DNA of 64,000 bases from Balanoglossus misakiensis (taxonomy: Eukaryota; Animalia; Hemichordata), in assembly GCA_040954595.2 (NCBI GenBank), contig CM082596.2, forward strand, positions 1,579,854 through 1,643,853, written 5' to 3'. A model generated the notes under the pieces. It had not been told where the DNA came from. It searched no databases and worked only from the letters and a program-made list of their open reading frames with translations. Of this stretch, positions 29,201-40,489 are shown piece by piece. Positions within the stretch are counted from its first letter, which is position 1; the number at the start of each line of letters is the position of its first letter. The position numbers and the translations under genes are program-made.

Positions 29201-31323
29201 TTCGTACTTTTTGGAAGGAATGAAAAAGAAAACGTGCATTTTATTTCAGATCCAGAAAACATAATATATGTGCACACAAGCTATGTGTAAATTAAACCTC
29301 ATGAACATGACAATTATAGTTTCCAGCAATATTCAATGTAGTCCCATGGGAAGAGACAAAGTCAACATGCTTATGTACATCCTAAAATAATTCCCAAAAA
29401 CAATTAAGTTGCACCCTCTATATCGGTACACATCGCTCTTTTTTTCATCAAGTTTATATGACATCTTCCTTACCATGACAATGTGATGTTTTCTATCCAG
29501 TTTAGGCATCTGAAAACCTTTGCATGTGTAGGTAGTGCTTTGGTGATGAGGTACTCTTACCTGTTTACAAGGAAGCAAAAGTCATGTGGTTTTAATCGTC
29601 AGGACAAAGTAAGTCAATTCTGTTTTGTGTCCACGTGCATGTAGATTTTTAGAGTTTTTTTTAGATAGAACCTACTTGGATATATCACAGCAAAAGTTAC
29701 TAAAATTAAACTTACATTGTCGTTCAATATTTCCAAGGACTTTATTTCTCCCTGCATATCTTCCAGTCTGGGGAAGTTATAACCAACAGAATGAAGGAGA
29801 TACACACTTCGGGCACCTCTATTCTCTCGACCATGCCAAGGTAACGGCTGATTCTCTTCTGGCTTTTCTGAGTGATACGCCCAAATTAATTTCACCGTGC
29901 TTCCCTGTAAAGACAATGCTGAAACATTTCAGATTCCTTGTTGCCAGATGGGATATATTGCCAGACATTACAATGCAATGCACACTGGCCTGTACAGTTA
30001 CAGTCAAACTTGTGTTAGTGACCTGCACCTCTATATAGTGGCCACTTTACAGTCCCTGTGTAATTGACCTGTCTATAAAGGCCACCTGTGTATAAAGGCC
30101 TGGCAGGAAAGTCCCTGTCTATACAAGCCACTATAGACAGCTTAGACTGTAATAAAAAAGACTTTTATTGTTTTAATCTCACCGAAATTAACCAGTCATT
30201 CCCATCATCGCATGTATCCAGCTTTCTTTCAAATTTGAAGATTGTGATACCATCTCTCTGTCCTCCGTAAAGTAACTTGTAGTCCTGTTTCTCATCAATC
30301 CTGGGTTCCCCAAAATCCAATGCATGACGATCCTGAGGGAAAATCCAAATTGAAACTGCATCATTTACAGTATTTAGGCACTGTTATACATGTACATATA
30401 ATACATTTTGATAAACTCATACATGTGTTGGTTAAAAGCCATGCATACTTTAAAGTTAAATTGTAATATGATTATAGTTTAGCCTTAGTTTTTTCACTCC
30501 TGAAAATCACTGATAGGCACTGTACACTATGCCACAATCTGTTCATACCCGAAATTTATAAATTAATTGTCCCTGGTTTTTGCACTTTTCACATGACTAC
30601 CTGGTGAAAGATTAGTTTCTATGGATACCCAATGCCAACAAACAATAACACTACAATACTATTGATAAAATAATGGGATAGCACTTACACAAGTTTCAAA
30701 AAGAAAAGACAACTTTCGAATTGCTGGGATTTCTAAGGCTCAGGCTAATGGTCAACTTTTGAACCATACAATTCAATGAAGACCAACGTCACAAGCATTG
30801 AATGACACTCCATTGTGTAGTTCAGTATGTTGGTACATGTATGACGTCAATGTGTTATATATGTTGTGGTGACCTCCCAAAGACGCATACCCATCTGAGA
30901 GTCACGTGAAAATGAAAAGGTCTAAACTATCACAGAAAAAGGTCTTTTACCTTTCACCGACAACTTCATCACCCATTTGAACGTAATTAAGTTTTGATAA
31001 TTTTCTGAAGGGACTGTGCCTTATACCCTTACCGTAAAATGCTTCCGTCCGTTAGTTTTCACCCAACCAATAACAATATCTGAACCAGGCATGCCACCAT
31101 TTGGCGAGAAACCAAAGCCAACATAGCCAGTCGTTTCCACATGAACTTCAAACGTAATCTTCACATCATCGAACTTCCAGTAGACTTTATATTTTCCGTG
31201 TTGGTCAAGAAAAGCTTCGTGCATATAATCATCGGTAGTCGGGCTGAGTAAGATAGGAGAGGATTGCGATGGTGGAGCAGACAGTGCCACCGTTACCACG
31301 CACAACAAGAAAAGCCCGGCCAT
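26259..31323 (-). CDS. MOXD1: DBH-like monooxygenase (MOXD1 family): signal peptide, DOMON, copper type II monooxygenase N and C domains, C-terminal hydrophobic tail; about 12 exons
   Basis: ATG 31323 MAGLFLLCVVTVALS; DOMON motif GYVGFGFSPNGGMPGSDIVIGWV; Cu ligands VHHF, ETHYDN, HTHL, EEMC; small exon GDSFVVECDYETMDRETITF; last exon ends IAMLWGIILAISTWF*, TAG 26261-26259. Orthology versus a lineage-specific paralog is not resolved. Confidence 0.88.
26974..27066. mobile_element. Copy of a ~85-90-bp TTAA/CCC-ended (piggyBac-like) MITE family, reverse orientation, in a MOXD1 intron
   Basis: TAACCCTTTCACCACCATGG...AAAGTTGGACCT...GGGCTGAAAGGGTTA; internal sequence matches copies at about 24745-24827, 32244-32330 and 41530-41616. 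Confidence 0.65.
30001..30149. mobile_element. Tc1/mariner(pogo)-like MITE in a MOXD1 intron
   Basis: TA|CAGTCAAACTTGT ... ACAGCTTAGACTG|TA: imperfect TIRs with TA flanks; internal repeats of TATAAAGGCC/GGCCAC. Confidence 0.5.
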
Positions 31324-31999
31324 GTCCGACCGGAATACCACTGTCACTAACAGCAGGGATGTCACTGAATGTCTCTAACAGATTCAACAATACACTGTCA
31401 AAGAACAAACTTTACTTCAATAGCACTTGCACAGAGACATTGTTATTTAAATAACCTTTCAGCTCCAGTAGATGGCCATGAATAATTTAAAGTGCATGAT
31501 TAATGCATAATACCTGGTGAAAGTAGGTCGGTGATACAGAAACTTTTCCTTCTTCATAGAATTTATTTAAAACTTGTGAAGTATCTATACTTCTACATAG
31601 AGTGAGCACATAAGTCTTTCGAACCTTCGGCTCACAGGACTGAAAACAGAAATTCTGGTAATATTGCAATATGACTCTAATAACTTGTTTTCCTCCAAGG
31701 TTACCCCACTCCACTAACACCTCTCGTGAATGACCTGTCATTCAGACGTCAAGAACTTATTCAACAGAACCTGAAGGATTATTCTTGTTTAAATTTGAAC
31801 CAAAAGCTAAGATTGCGAAAACATGACATCGAAAATTGGCTTTAATAAAATATGACAGTGGAGTGTTTGTTCAAAATTGTAGAGTGTCAGGACAGACTAG
31901 CACAAGCCGCAATAACATCATCCAAATCAGTAGCAGCTGTCTACGTCATTCATCACAATTATCCCATGACATGTTATTGTTGTTCCAACCAGACTTGTC

Positions 32000-34902
32000 T
32001 CACAATTCTTCATGTCGTAAAAGATGCTCAAACCACAAGTGTTCAACGGTAGGGTCATGTACTCGCGCATTACGGAACTTCTCAACTGCCTCTTCTATGT
32101 GAGCGTCGACCATGTCTTTAGTGATCACTCCATCCTGACTAGCTCCAAGGGTAGCCAGAATCTGCAATGACATCAATGGTAGAAAACCATGGAGTGAAAT
32201 TTATGATCTATAGTAAACTTCTGTAACACAGAAAATATGTATTTTAACCCTGTCACCCCCAGTTTCCTTCTTTAAAGGTCCAACCTTACCCAGAAAACAA
32301 TGGGTTGGACCATTGTGGTGAAAGGGTTAAAACTAAATTGTAGCAGTTACTTACCTCCCTTGCTTTGTGGGGAGTCCCACCAATGGCATCCACATATCTT
32401 GTTATGAACTCCTCACAGTGAAACTGCTTGTCAGACTCTGTCATGAGTCTTGCCAACTGACTGGAACAAAACAAAATTACACACATGTGATTAGGATATT
32501 AATGAAACAATTCACTTTGGCCACAGGATGGACCATGATTTTTGGCCTGGCGAGTGGTCATCCAGTATTGGTCCAGTAAAGGTTGGGCCCTTCTGCTATG
32601 CAACTGTGGGCACCACAATACAGCTACTGCCATAGCTACTCACACAATATTATCAGCATTGATGTAACTATATTCAAAGTCCTCAGTGTTTGACACATCG
32701 GTGGGGTCAAAGGTCAGCAGGAGTTGCTTCAACTGGTTCACCGTCAGTGATCTGACATCCTCTACAGTCACATAACCTCTGCCATCAGGGTCAAGCAAAT
32801 GAATAAACTGGAAAGAAATGGTGAAATCATATTAGCATCTCAACACTGAGTCAATTTTTGGAGAGTGTGGTTTTTGAATACTCCAGACACAATCTTTCTC
32901 ACCAAAGTGTTGGTGTAAACTTTTCTCATTTTTATACCATTTTTTGAAACTTAACACTTAGTTTAAGACAATATGGATATAAGTTGCCCTTGCCTACATG
33001 TCAATATTGTCCTAAACTAAGTGTAAAGTTTCAACTTTTCTTTTGTTTACCTGTTCTCTCATATCTTGGATATAATCAGAAACATCACCTTCTTCTTCAT
33101 CATCTTCATCTGTCTGGTGAAAATTAATGAGAAATACAAATTAGAAAATGAAACTGGTACCCAGGGTGGAGAGTGGAAAAGGGTACATTGTACATGAAAG
33201 AGTTGACTTACAGTTTGTAAGACTTACTCGTATGAAATGGACAGTAAATGGTTCCAACCAAATTTTGCCATTTTCATCTGCAGAGGTCAGCAAGACAGTT
33301 CTGTATACAACAAAAATCATTGTGTAAGTAAATTAGAATATTTGTGGGTTTTTGCGTGTAAGAAGTTATCTACGGAATTTAAATCAATGGTTTCTATATT
33401 CACTGATGACTTGCCTCAAAATATAGATATCCATATGTCCCTGTGGAAGCTCTCCATATCCACTGTACGTCCAGAGTATATCAACTTCATTCATTGGTTT
33501 GAAGTCAAGTGATTCAGAACTGGGAGAGCTCTCAGCTGCCGCACAATCAGAATCATCAAATGGGAAACTTTTTGTCAAGAATGAAAACCAGATGGCCACA
33601 GCTGAGTTCATGTAACCGTTGGAACGCACCTGGTGAAGATAACCTGTCAATAGAATTACAGATTTAGATATAATCTTGGTTCCTATTAATTCTTTCAGTG
33701 TCACAGCTAATATATAAGACTGTGCTCCAAATAGGAATTTTACTTACCACTCGGCATGTATATACAGTCTCCTCTGTTCATGGTGACATGCGAGTATTTC
33801 ACATCTTTGATTTTGGGAAACTTTACAAGATTCACAGCATCAACATCAACCAGGGAATAGCCACCAAATTCTTGAAGTGAATCACTTGACAAGTACACAA
33901 GGTCGCTCTGAAGTTGTTAGAAGACAAGGAAAAAGGAAGCCTCATTCATTATAAAACATTGAAGAGCTTGCAAGGGCAAGCATTTGCCTCTCATGGAATG
34001 ATGTACAATAACTGTATTGTATTGTGTATTGTAATAGTTTTTTCTTAAACTATTGTGATGATGTATTATGCTGTATTGGATTGTATTAATTGTAATTGTA
34101 TTTTGCAGTATACAAACCTGTTTTGGATCTACCAATAACCACTCTTTTGTACCATTGAAAACACAATGTATATTCTCATATGGATCTTGATGAATCAATG
34201 TCTTGCCACCACCAGCACTTAAAAACAGATGCACTTCCTGGAATTAAAGTAATATTGGAATGGATCATTAGTCTTCCTGTATTTTTTACTTCAACAAGTG
34301 AACTTGCCTGGTGTAGGAAAATTATTTTTCTCTTTCAGTCAAAATCCACATCTAATAGTAACAGCATTAATGTGAGTATTATCTGTATATGTAAAGCATA
34401 CCTGGATACTCTTAGCAAATGTTCCACACACCAAACATGGAGGTATTGCAACATCTCTCTGCATCAACCCAGGCACTTGGCTTATCACGTAAGCATCCAT
34501 GGTTTGATAGTTACGCATGAAATGGTCCAGAGTATCTCGTCCAAGTATCCCAGCTTCACCATAGGGTAACCCCGATCCACCTTCGTGCCTGGCCTCCAAT
34601 CGCACCGTCAAGTTGCCGTACTCTTGAATGATGTATTCTTCTGTCCATCGGTGATATGCCAGCGAGTGTTTGGCCGCCCCTCTGAACACGACTGGTTTGT
34701 GCGGCTTCACGTACTTTTCGTAGAACTCTAAAGGTTGCGGAACGTAATCCAGTTCTTCTGTGATTTCCGTAGGATCGCTGTGGGACCCGAAAGCTTGTAA
34801 GTGACCCCGCCCACCTCCCTGCGATCGCCCCGGCGAGTCATCGCTAACACTTGAAGGCGTAAAAGCGCACAGGGCGATCAGTACAAAGACACGTAGTATC
34901 AT
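32000..34902 (-). CDS. Secretory-pathway JmjC (cupin-like 8) 2-oxoglutarate/Fe(II) oxygenase with EF-hand-like C-terminal region and HEEL ER-retrieval motif; 9 coding exons
   Basis: ATG 34902 MILRVFVLIALCAFTPSSVS (signal-like); KPVVFRG; Fe triad IHQD...YLHQVRS with NGTKEW and GDCIYMP; EF-loop DPDGRGYVTVED; last exon ends HLLRHEEL*, TGA 32002-32000. The frame is continuous using one GC-AG intron. Confidence 0.85.
32244..32330. mobile_element. Most intact copy of the piggyBac-like MITE family (TTAA at both ends)
   Basis: TTAA CCCTGTCACC ... GGTGAAAGGG TTAA; internal AAAGGTCCAACCTTACC shared with three other copies in the window. Confidence 0.75.
32944..33034. repeat. Intronic inverted repeat (about 31-bp stem, 2 mismatches)
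   Basis: TTGAAACTTAACACTTAGTTTAAGACAATAT versus ATATTGTCCTAAACTAAGTGTAAAGTTTCAA. Confidence 0.75.
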
Positions 34903-35227
34903 TCTCACGGGATCTACAATTAACTCTTCGCGACAGCCTTGTAAAGTTATGTATATTTCATGTACATATACATGATCAACTTTGTTTCATTCTGCAAATA
35001 ACTTCCGGGAATGCGCTAAACTTATAGCCAATTACATGCAATTACGCAGAACATAATCTTTCCTCTGATTGGTCAGAAATGCAAAGCTAAGCCAATTATA
35101 CTCCCTAACTCTCCAATCAAAGTGAGTGATATAAATACGTACAATTTCGACGGTAGCTTGTCAATTACACTAGGTACAACCTCCCGACTCGAATAGCAGG
35201 TTGGGGCAGGTCAGGGCAAGGGACGAA
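34903..35227. promoter_or_regulatory. Bidirectional promoter shared by the JmjC gene and TPGS1
   Basis: Divergent ATGs 325 bp apart; several CCAAT boxes (AGCCAAT x2, GATTGG, TCCAATC) and an ETS-like ACTTCCGG. Confidence 0.6.
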
Positions 35228-38200
35228 ATGGCAGGAAGGAGGGAAGATCGACCGGAAAGTAACAGAGAATTCCTAGGTAGGAACTGTTCGGAGTTTTGCT
35301 GTACACAGAAGCTGTACAATAAGGCCAGTGTAGAAAAGATCGTACTGCTTGTTTACAGTTGCCATGACGATACACATATTCGGTACAATGCAATGGACAT
35401 CATGTACGTGTACGAACCCCACATTTCACAAAGCTAGTCTTATTGACTTTATCTGCTATGGTTGTGATGGCGATGGTGGGGCCCATAGTGGGGCCGATTC
35501 AATGTTTTTGTTTGATCACAACATGGACTGTATGTACGTCCATAATCACAATTAAAGGCCGCTACATACACACACTTGTGCAATGTAGGTTTCACACCAT
35601 GACATGAGAAATAAACACAATGATGTATCAATCAATTTTGAAACATTCACCAATTTGGTAATACATCTTGCCACAATTGTTCACACTATAATGGCAGTAT
35701 TATTAAATGGAAATATGTAGGCAAATGATCTACATGTGACACTACTACTACAACAAAGTATTCAACCTTTTTTAAATTTCCACAGAAAGAACAAATGTTG
35801 GGACTCAGCTGAGGGATGCACTGTCAAAAATGATTGAAAACAGACCAGAAGATCCTGTTTTATTTTTAGCTGAATAGTAAGTTATATAAATATTGGTAAA
35901 TTGTTTAATAAGAATGAATGTCTTTGGGTTCAATTCGGCTCTGCTGTAATATTTAATTTTGTACCCCTTCACAGGTGATTGGAAACACATCATGGCCAAA
36001 TCAAAAGAATAACAAAATTATTTGTGTGAATTCATAATATATGTAATAGCAGCCTCAAGTTTTGTCATCCTATTTTCTTCAGTTTTGAAGCCATCAGTGA
36101 TAACAGAGCTGGCAAAGTAACCAAGGCGTATCAGAGATTACAACTGACGCATTACACCAGACCTGCATTTGAAATGAATGCAGTGGCTGCCTATGATTCA
36201 CTCAGCCAATCAGGTACAGTGTTATAGAAGTTTACATCAGCCATCATGCAGAACGGGCATTGAGAGAGAGAGAGAGACAGGCAGAGAACCATTCATAAAT
36301 AGAGGAGAGAGAGAAAGAGTATGAACACATTTACATGAATGAAGAATGAATGAATGAATGAATGAATGAATGAATGAATGAATGAATGAATGAATGAATG
36401 AATGAACATGGTAGCACTTCTAGAAAACACTTGAACATTCTGTCCTATTGTATATATCAATGTCTCTTTTCAATACTACAGGAACCAAGGGCTACAATGG
36501 ATTAACTGGAACCGTGTACACAGAGCTACTTAACAATTTATGCAGGTCAGTACATGGTGCAGATATAGACATACATCAGTTCATGCCCTTTGAAAATTAT
36601 TAAATTCCGGGGCAAATTCTGTTGCCGTGTCAAGTAAAGAAATCATATAGAGGTATACAAAACTTTAGATGCTGGCTGTTGTTAGCTTGATATTCATAAT
36701 AAATCATCTCAACAGGGATATACCAAGTTTGATTTCTGAAAAGCTATTGAGAAGAATACAGTGTCGTGATTATGAAGTTGTTCCATATGATGTCTACTAT
36801 TCTGGGGTGTTGGCGTGTTTGGTGCTCAACGGTATGTACATGTATAGTGTAGAGTAGCGTATGGTATTTTGTTCAAAACAATTCATTACAGGTGTACACC
36901 CTGCCATTGATGTTACTTTCATGTTTGCCTGAACACTTCCAGATTACATCAAAGAGACGCAGAATCTCTTCAGTGATTTTGACAACAAAAGCACAGGCAC
37001 TGCCAATAGAGAGCTGTGTGAAGCTGCCCTCAAGATATTAGATGAATCGGTTACCATGACATCCAGTGATCCAGTCAGGTAAAGGCTTCTCTTTATTAGC
37101 ATGCAGTAATGTCAATTATTCACATAAAAAAATAGGTATTCTGGGATTCCTGGTCATAAGTTTCAAATTGTCTCTTCTTTTTCCAAACAGTGTTTTAGAG
37201 GCTGGAGTCCGACTTGGACCAGAAAAGCTTTCAGAGGCATTACTTGACGTAAGTTAGAACACTACCTGGTGGTTTTTGCTTTGCCATGAAATGTTGGTTC
37301 AACTATAAACAGTGATATTAGTGGTGTGTGCTTAGAATTGTTTATAGAGGATGTAGACTAAAGAAAATGATAACTCAAGCAGTCATGGCAACCAAGTTTT
37401 TTCCTTCATTTCAGAACATTTCTTTGAAACATAGGAACACATCAACAATAACATCTGAGGAATTTATGCTGATAGCTGCCGACATATTCCTTAAAAAGGT
37501 ATTTGTATCAAAATGGATTGTAGTTTCCATGAACTGCAAGCAAAGTCACTTATATCTGAGGAGATTTTGTGTCCCCTGTCGTAACAAGGGGTGAAAGGGT
37601 TCATACATCCTCATCAAGATCAAGTACTGTCTAGTTATCATTCATGAATGCCTATCAAAAAAGTATGGTAAAGTATAAGATTGATGAGAGCTGATATATG
37701 GAAGAACCACATGGTCTTCAACATATACTGGTCAAGAAGTTTCTGATTCTGTATAATAACAATAAGTCAAAACTTCTCTCTCTGTGTTTTGAACCCATCT
37801 TGTTTGATGTGTCTCCATATTTTCCAGTAACAGATTTTTTAATGACGAGTACTAGCAGTTTTGCAGTGTTTGATCGGGAAGGGTTGCTGTAATTTTCTTT
37901 ATCAATGTGTGATGCTTTCATTGCAGAATACATGGGTTCAATTTATTTGTTTTTAAAAGACAAAAAATAAAAGCGCCATTTCAGTTTCAATCAAAGATGT
38001 TAATTTTGAGTTTGCATTGAATCGAAGCGATAATGTTACAAAGAAAAACTAACTAAACTGAGGCTGATAAGATGATGTGCTCAAGAGTGCCCTCTACAGA
38101 GCCATATACATGTACATTTGACTGTTGTTTTTAGCAGATTGCTTCACGAAAAGGAAGAAAACATTTTTTAAATGTTCCAGATAATGAATGAAGGTTGCAA

Positions 38201-38416
38201 TCATTTTTGTATGAGAGGGTTTAAAGATAGGAGAAACTTTGCAACATTATTGCTTCCAAAGCACATATTTTGGCCGACAGTTTCAGACTTCAGACCCAAG
38301 AATAACTGGCAAGCAATGAAAGCAGTAAAATTCCATGCACCATGTAATACTAACCTTCAAGTGTGTTTTGTTTGTTTGTTTTTTCCCCTTTACTCAAGGT
38401 GAAAGCATTGAAGTGA
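35228..38416 (+). CDS. TPGS1: Tubulin polyglutamylase complex subunit 1, 9 coding exons
   Basis: Spliced product MAGRREDRPESNREFLERTNVGTQLRDALSKMIENRPEDPVLFLAEYF...THYTRPAFEMNAVAAYD...GLTGTVYTELL...LLRRIQCRDYEVVP...LEAG...EEFMLIAADIFLKK|VKALK*; matches recalled TPGS1 motifs (RPEEPIAFLAHYF, QCRDHEAVP, LFIAKVK). Last exon 38399-38416 follows branch point TACTAAC. Mostly missed by the ORF track. Confidence 0.88.
36344..36406. repeat. (GAAT)n microsatellite
   Basis: About 15 perfect GAAT units in a TPGS1 intron. Confidence 0.95.
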
Positions 38417-39209
38417 GCACTTGCAGTCACGTTGCCATAGAGATTACGGCTTAACAGGTGCTGTTCCCATAGCTACACTGCTTACCTACAAGTTATTACC
38501 CCATACCAACATTATATGCACTAACCTTTTATTCAGCTTCTAACTGTATGCTGAAAAATTCAGCTTTGGTTTTAAAGATTTTATGCTGCTTATTGGCTCC
38601 AACTTAAAATTGTTTAACTTTGGTTTTAAATCTGTCATCTTAACTTAACAAATATACTTTAACTGTCTTTCTGTAACTCTGATCTTTGATCATATGGTTC
38701 TTTGTAAAAATTTAACTCTATCTACTGCTATCAACAGAACATAGTTCTTGTCACAGGGGTTTAAAGGACATAACCCCTCCTTAATATGCTAGTCCCATGG
38801 TGGATAATTTTCAACTTTTGCCTGAAATTTGACGTCCAAAATGTTGTGTTCATGTGCAGACATTCTCTCCTGTGTGTATAGTGTAAACTCTTCAAAACTG
38901 CTCTCTTCGTTGACCTATTCTGCTAGTGTGTTTGCGCCCATGAAAACACGTGTTAACGAGAGGCAAGTCCTGTAGGAGTGGCAATCTATCAAGTGCATGC
39001 TATGCCAAAGTGAATACACATTTTTATAAGCTACCTGTGTGTGCTACTTTGACAGCTGTGTAAGGAAATATCACTTTGTGGATGGTTGAAATTTCCATAC
39101 TCTAAGTTATCTTAACTCTGTGCCTGTAGGCTCCGCTACTTGTACGAGGTCTGAAGGAAGAAGCGTTAGTGTACTCCATCCAAGAAGCTGACAGCAAAGA
39201 GAACAGCAG

Positions 39210-39277
39210 TGATGATGATGATGACGACGACGATGATGATGAGGATGATGATGATGATGACAGTGATGATGAAGATG
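39210..39277. repeat. Imperfect (GAT)n microsatellite
   Basis: GAT/GAC/GAG triplet run between TPGS1 and the TRIM gene. Confidence 0.9.
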
Positions 39278-40489
39278 GTGAATAGTATTGGCATAGTGTC
39301 TGCTGATAGGATGAATATGTGTTTGTAGTAGTAGACACATTGTTAAACTACAAAGTAGTTTAGCTGTTGGCAGTATTACCTGTCCTACCCTTCTGTGCCC
39401 AATAAATGGACTGCTCCACCTCCTAACACAATAGGATTAGTCCATTCTACAGAATGAATGGGGAACATTTTGATGACATCCAAAACACAGGCTCATTTGA
39501 ATGGATGTCTCAAGAAACAATACTATTTATCTGACAATATTTATGAAAAATTAGAAATGGTTGAACTTTATTATAAAATGTCATGAGAATATGAATTATC
39601 AATATACATAGTGTGTGATGACTTAGTTTCTGTAAATAGCAAAGTTTTCATATGTGTATAATTTGGTCATTTCATATTATATTTATCTGCGGTATTTAAG
39701 ACAGTCATAAACGGCAGCTGATTGTTTACCTCAGCTCCTGGACTGAAACGTCAACCCTGATCATGTTATATGCAAAATTTGGTCTTCACAATGTTAAAAT
39801 ACTGTAATCATGGTAAAGATGAAAGGCATGGACAAGGTTCTACAGGTCAACAGGTCACAGCCTTTCACGATGATGTTTATTGTTTTATGAGTAAGGTCTA
39901 GTTAACATCAATATTGGCACGGTTATGATAAAATGAAGGACATGTGTTGAGGGGATCGTCTGTGAATGGACAAGGACATTACCTCAACCTTTGTTGGTCC
40001 TGGAAGCAGAAATTTCACAAGAAATTCTTGCATTTGCTTTATACCATATGATGGATTTGCACCATTTTTCCTGATAGAAGGGGTGCGCAAGATAACTTTC
40101 ATATGTATATAGGATCTTTTTTATGTTGTAAATCATGTGTGCAATGCAGTACTTCTAATCCAAGAGAATAAAGAAACTACCATAAACTAAATAAATGTTT
40201 CAACTTTGTATGCATATGATATAGGATGTGAGAGTTGAATATGGCTGAAAACAATTATTTTACTATTTGCCAAGTGACAAGAGCGATGCGTGTGTGTATA
40301 CATAGGGACAATAATGGAAGTGTCAGTAGTTGCATGTGTCTGTGTGGGAAGTATGTGTGATCATAGATTTATCAGCTGCCTACAGACACTTCAAAGCAGG
40401 GTGTGTAACACTGTGTAAACAATATAAGGTTCAAAGTTCAAAATTTAATATTTACCCATGCACACTGTAACAGTGAGCAGCAAAATATC

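Noticed and set aside
37499-37594. TPGS1 C-terminus by read-through (FLKKVFVSKW...)
   Set aside because: A donor AAG|GTATTT and a strong downstream acceptor give VKALK*, which matches the family C-terminus better.
39102-39340. Poly-Ser and poly-His ORFs
   Set aside because: Translations of the (GAT)n microsatellite.
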